Source: Octopus vulgaris (taxonomy: Eukaryota). From it: a stretch of DNA of 64,000 nucleotides. The notes beneath the pieces were generated by a model. That model saw nothing but the letters and a program-made list of their open reading frames with translations, did not search any database and had not been told where the DNA came from. Positions 59,063 through 64,000 of the stretch are shown in pieces. Made by a program: the position numbers and the translations under genes. Where the stretch lies: NCBI GenBank assembly GCA_951406725.2, contig OX597832.1, positions 63,984,001 through 64,048,000 on the forward strand. Direction: 5' to 3'. The first letter of the stretch is position 1, and every line of letters begins with the position of its first letter.

Positions 59063-59210
59063 GGCGCATGCGTGGTGTGTAGTAAGAAGTTTCCTTCCCA
59101 ACCATAAGGTTTCGGGCTCCGTCCCCCTGCAGCGCACTTTGGGCAAGTGTCTTTTACTATAGCCTCGGGTCGACCAAAGCCATGTGAGTGGACTTGGTAG
59201 ACGGAAACTG

Positions 59211-59272
<62 letters not shown>

Positions 59273-59273
59273 A

Positions 59274-59325
<52 letters not shown>

Positions 59326-59326
59326 C

Positions 59327-59381
<55 letters not shown>

Positions 59382-59612
59382 CACACAAAGACACACATAT
59401 ATGTATGTGTGTATATTTGTTTCCACGTATTTGTCTCCATCAACACTTGACAAACGGTGTTGGTGTATTTACGTCCAAGTACTTTAGCTGTTCGGCAGAA
59501 GAGACCAATAGAATAAGTGCTGGGCACAAAAGCCGACTTTTCTACTAAAACCCTTCAAGTTGGGGCCCCAGCATGACCGTAGTCTAATGACTGAAACAAC
59601 CAGAAGAAAAAG
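59063..59612 (+). mobile_element. Family B SINE with expanded internal (TCTA)n (right member of the pair)
   Basis: ggcgcatgcgtggtgtgtagtaagaag...gggcaagtgtcttttactatagcctcggg...agtctaatgactgaaacaa. Confidence 0.88.
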
Positions 59613-60004
59613 ATAAGGTATAACAAATGCTCAAAAACGTGCTGTCACACATACCGCGATGCTTTTTTTTTTGGAGTGGAGTATGCGACGCAACAGATCT
59701 CAGTACTTCGGTGGTACTTTACTTAATTGATCTCGGGAGCATGAAAAGCACAGAGTTGATCTTAGCCGGATTTGAACCTAGTGTATAAAGAATCGGACGA
59801 AATAAATCGATTTATACCACCGTTCCAGCGATTCTCGAAATTGTTGCCTTATTGTTTCTAATTTAGAGATAATTCAGCAATTTTCCGGAGAGATTAGTTG
59901 GCGAGATCGAACTCAGTACAAGTCTTATCCTTTAAATTATCAACTCTCATGGGATAGAAAGCGAAGTTTATAGGATTTGAACTCGAATGTGTGTATATAT
60001 GTAC

Positions 60005-60064
<60 letters not shown>

Positions 60065-60070
<6 letters not shown>

Positions 60071-60596
60071 AATTTCTAAATGTCTCAAAGAGACATGGGC
60101 GGTGGTGGAGCGATAGAGTGGTTGTATAATGTCAACATAACGTGACAGTCCTGTAAAGGGAATTACACCACCGCTATATAGCCCTAGAAACATCGACACT
60201 TCCTGTCGGCTTTGACACATTTCCTGTCTCCTTATATTTGCAAAGGGGAGGCAACCTGAAGACATGCATGTTTCTGGGTCTTGCTCGTCATCAGTCCAGG
60301 GTAGCGAGTCCCGCTAGCTGAGATGCCTGCCAAGCCTTTGCAAATATATATATTTACAGTGAAATTTATTCACTGGTCACCGTAATTAGAAATATTGAAT
60401 TTCTAAATGTCTCAAAGAGACATGAGCGGTGGTGGAGCGATAAGGACATAGGAAATGTGTCAAAGCCGACAGGAAGCGTCGATGCTTCCTAGGGCTATAT
60501 AGCGGTGGTGTAATCTCTTTTACGGGACTGTCACGTTATGTTGACATTATACAACCACTCTATCGCTCCACCACCGCCCATGTCTCTTTGAGACAT
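60065..60596. mobile_element. PLE-type pseudo-LTR arrangement with direct and inverted duplications and a hammerhead motif
   Basis: 60065-60115 is repeated directly at 60392-60442, and 60080-60234 is repeated inverted at 60441-60596. A hammerhead core lies between them. Confidence 0.65.
60255..60300 (-). ncRNA. Type I hammerhead ribozyme motif (PLE minimal type, helix II degenerate)
   Basis: CCTGGA-CTGATGA-cgagcaagaccca-GAAAC-ATGCAT-GTC-TTCAGG: helix I pairs, core intact, palindromic helix III, GUC cleavage triplet. Confidence 0.7.
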
Positions 60597-60601
60597 GCAT
60601 T

Positions 60602-61300
<699 letters not shown>

Positions 61301-61317
61301 GTCATATATATATATAT

Positions 61318-61370
<53 letters not shown>

Positions 61371-61487
61371 TACTGAGGTTTTACTGAGATCTCCCTTTTA
61401 GTAGAAAGAATAGCTATAACTCTTTGACTGCTATTTCTAAATTCGGTGTGTGGTGAGGCAAATCGTTGCTAAACCCTTAATTATTTA

Positions 61488-61541
<54 letters not shown>

Positions 61542-61659
61542 GTATATGTATATATATGTATATATACATATATATATGTATATATATATATGTATATATA
61601 TGTATATATATATATGTATATATATGTATATATATATGTATATATATATGTATATTATG

Positions 61660-61696
<37 letters not shown>

Positions 61697-61757
61697 GTAT
61701 ATATATGTATGTATATATGTATATATATGTATGTATATATGTATATATATGTATGTA

Positions 61758-61788
<31 letters not shown>

Positions 61789-61882
61789 ATATATGTATCT
61801 ATATATATGTATGTATGTATATGTATATATATATATGTATATACATGTGTATATGTTTATATATGTATGTATATATGTATAC

Positions 61883-62412
61883 TGGTAACATGTAACCCAG
61901 TACAACCTGTTGCATGGTCGGGTCGTCGGCGACTAAACCGGCAATCCCACCAAGCTTGCTTGGTGAGGAGGGTATTTATTGGACACCCTGCGGGATGAAA
62001 AACAAAACCCGTCAAAGGGCGGAGGAACTCTTGAGAGTCAACGGCCATCCAATAAATGTCATAAGGCTGTATCATGCGCGGGGACATAGAAATAATCGGA
62101 CTGAATACCCGATCGCGCGGTTAAACCATTGGGAGTGAAGGACTCCTAGCCTTTGTTAGGGCATCCTTCCTTGGAGAAGGTAACTCAGGTAACTGGGCTA
62201 ACTCCGACATAAAACCTGCGGCTCAGTGGTTACCGTAGATGTTGACTTGTTCTTCTTTTCAGATTATGGCTGCCGTTGCTTAGTGAGTGGGATTGACTCT
62301 GTGCACAGCCTTTCCTCACTTTAAAAAAATCTTCTTGCACAGGCATTGCCCAATAACAATATTGATTAAGCTTCGCACAATGGCCATACTCGATAACGAG
62401 GTGGCAGCCATC
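61883..62412 (+). mobile_element. Non-autonomous RTE-derived element (5' UTR fused to 3' tail)
   Basis: GC-richer island in (TA)n with an RTE 5'-UTR-like motif (gggcatccttccttggagaaggtaactc...aaacc). Ends in gcttcgcacaatggccatactcgataacgaggtggcagccat, a tail also found alone at 25204-25250. Confidence 0.65.
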
Positions 62413-62449
62413 ATATATATGTATATATGTATGCATATATGTATGCATG

Positions 62450-62482
<33 letters not shown>

Positions 62483-62974
62483 ATGTATATATATGTATAT
62501 ATATATATTTATATATATGTATATATGTATATATATGTATATATGTATATATATACATATATATATATATATACATATGTGTATATATATATGTGTGTAT
62601 ATATATGTATATATATACATATATATATGTCTGTGTGTATGTATGTATATGAATGCAGGGACACAGTCTCCGGAAGTGTTCGATTGGTAATTTGGTGTTT
62701 TTCTTTCATAGTTTTGTTTAAAATATCAAAAAGAACGTCATGATTATTTACATTTTTTCCCCTTCGTGTCGTAGCTTTATATAAATAATGTTGTCATTGT
62801 GCACAGGTCATGACTATTGACCGAATGATTAGCTTAAAATTTGTTTAATTACTTTAACTCTTATTTATGGTATTTAAATTTAATGACAGGTTTTTCCCGA
62901 ATCACATTTTCGTTCCATTTGTCATGTGTGTACGCGTGTATATATGTATATATATATATATAGACACACACATA

Positions 62975-63033
<59 letters not shown>

Positions 63034-63316
63034 GTATATATATATGTGCATACAAACAAATACACATATACACGCATTGGTACGTACAAACACACATATA
63101 TACAAGAAACTTTGGCGAGAACAACTGATGGTGTGTGTCGACAAATATTGATTACAGTCACATCACAGAAGAGAAAAATTAGTTGACCCCAGAAAGGAAG
63201 GGGTGACGTCTGATGTAAATAGAATAGGGCACACTGTTGAGGGGTTTGGCCCCAAATGTCAGACGTCTCCGCTTCCTCACAGCAAATTAAATTATCCAAT
63301 TGTGTGTGTATGTGTA

Positions 63317-63433
<117 letters not shown>

Positions 63434-64000
63434 GTATATATGTATATATATATATACATACACACGCAGACATACACATATGTATGTGTGTTTATGTGTA
63501 TATTTATATATGCGTATGAGTGAGTGTATTGTCTCTACGATTTGGTAAAATCCATTATCTGAACTAAATTTGCAAAGGTAAAAACAAAACAAGAACAAGA
63601 ACAAAAAGAAAAAAAAAACAAAAATGATTCGTTGTAACGAACAAGCAAATAAATATAAACATAGAAATCTATATAGTTCAGTTAACAAACAAACAGATAC
63701 TCCCATCAGACATGCAAACAAGAGGCACCCAATAAACGAATCAACGAACCTGCTTTAAAGCTAGCAGCGAGACACAGAGACACACAAACAACACTTAAAT
63801 AACAGGCAGCATAACATCAAACAAGCAACTTTACAAAACAGTAAAACAACAAATTAACAGGCATACACAATAACGATGTAGTCAATACTGAAGTAATTTG
63901 ATTCTTTTCAAAACCTAATTTGGCAAAGCCCCCAGCCAAATTATAATGTACATACGCGCACGCACACATGCACACGCGCAAGTATATCTATGTGTGAATA

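Overview
AT-rich eukaryotic genomic DNA, almost entirely intronic and saturated with microsatellites ((TA)n, (CA)n, (GA)n, (TCTA)n, (AAT)n). Nearly all ORFs in the supplied track are translations of these repeats. The SINE families and microsatellite load look like an octopus (coleoid cephalopod) genome; this is an inference from pattern recognition, with no database search. The host gene is a minus-strand, intron-rich cadherin-superfamily gene. Three exons (46864-46742, 45667-45612, 40599-40321) have canonical GT-AG sites and join in frame: EVYAVVNITVIDLNDNNP...VYDPDSD...VDDGGHPP...TM helix. Two small downstream exons (39896-39856, 14986-14956) are plausible. The introns hold many tRNA-derived SINEs, two CR1/L2-type LINE fragments, RTE pieces, a probable HERO 3' end, a Tc1/mariner-type MITE, Penelope-like (PLE) remnants, several fold-back palindromes and multiple hammerhead-ribozyme-like motifs. 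I cannot claim a new biological system with confidence. The best leads are: (1) hammerhead-bearing inverted PLE-type repeats; (2) a LINE enclosed by a perfect 35-bp inverted repeat; (3) an RTE zinc-finger insertion whose junction creates an acceptor in frame with the cadherin TM exon; (4) a frame-symmetric TM exon bracketed by inverted SINEs.
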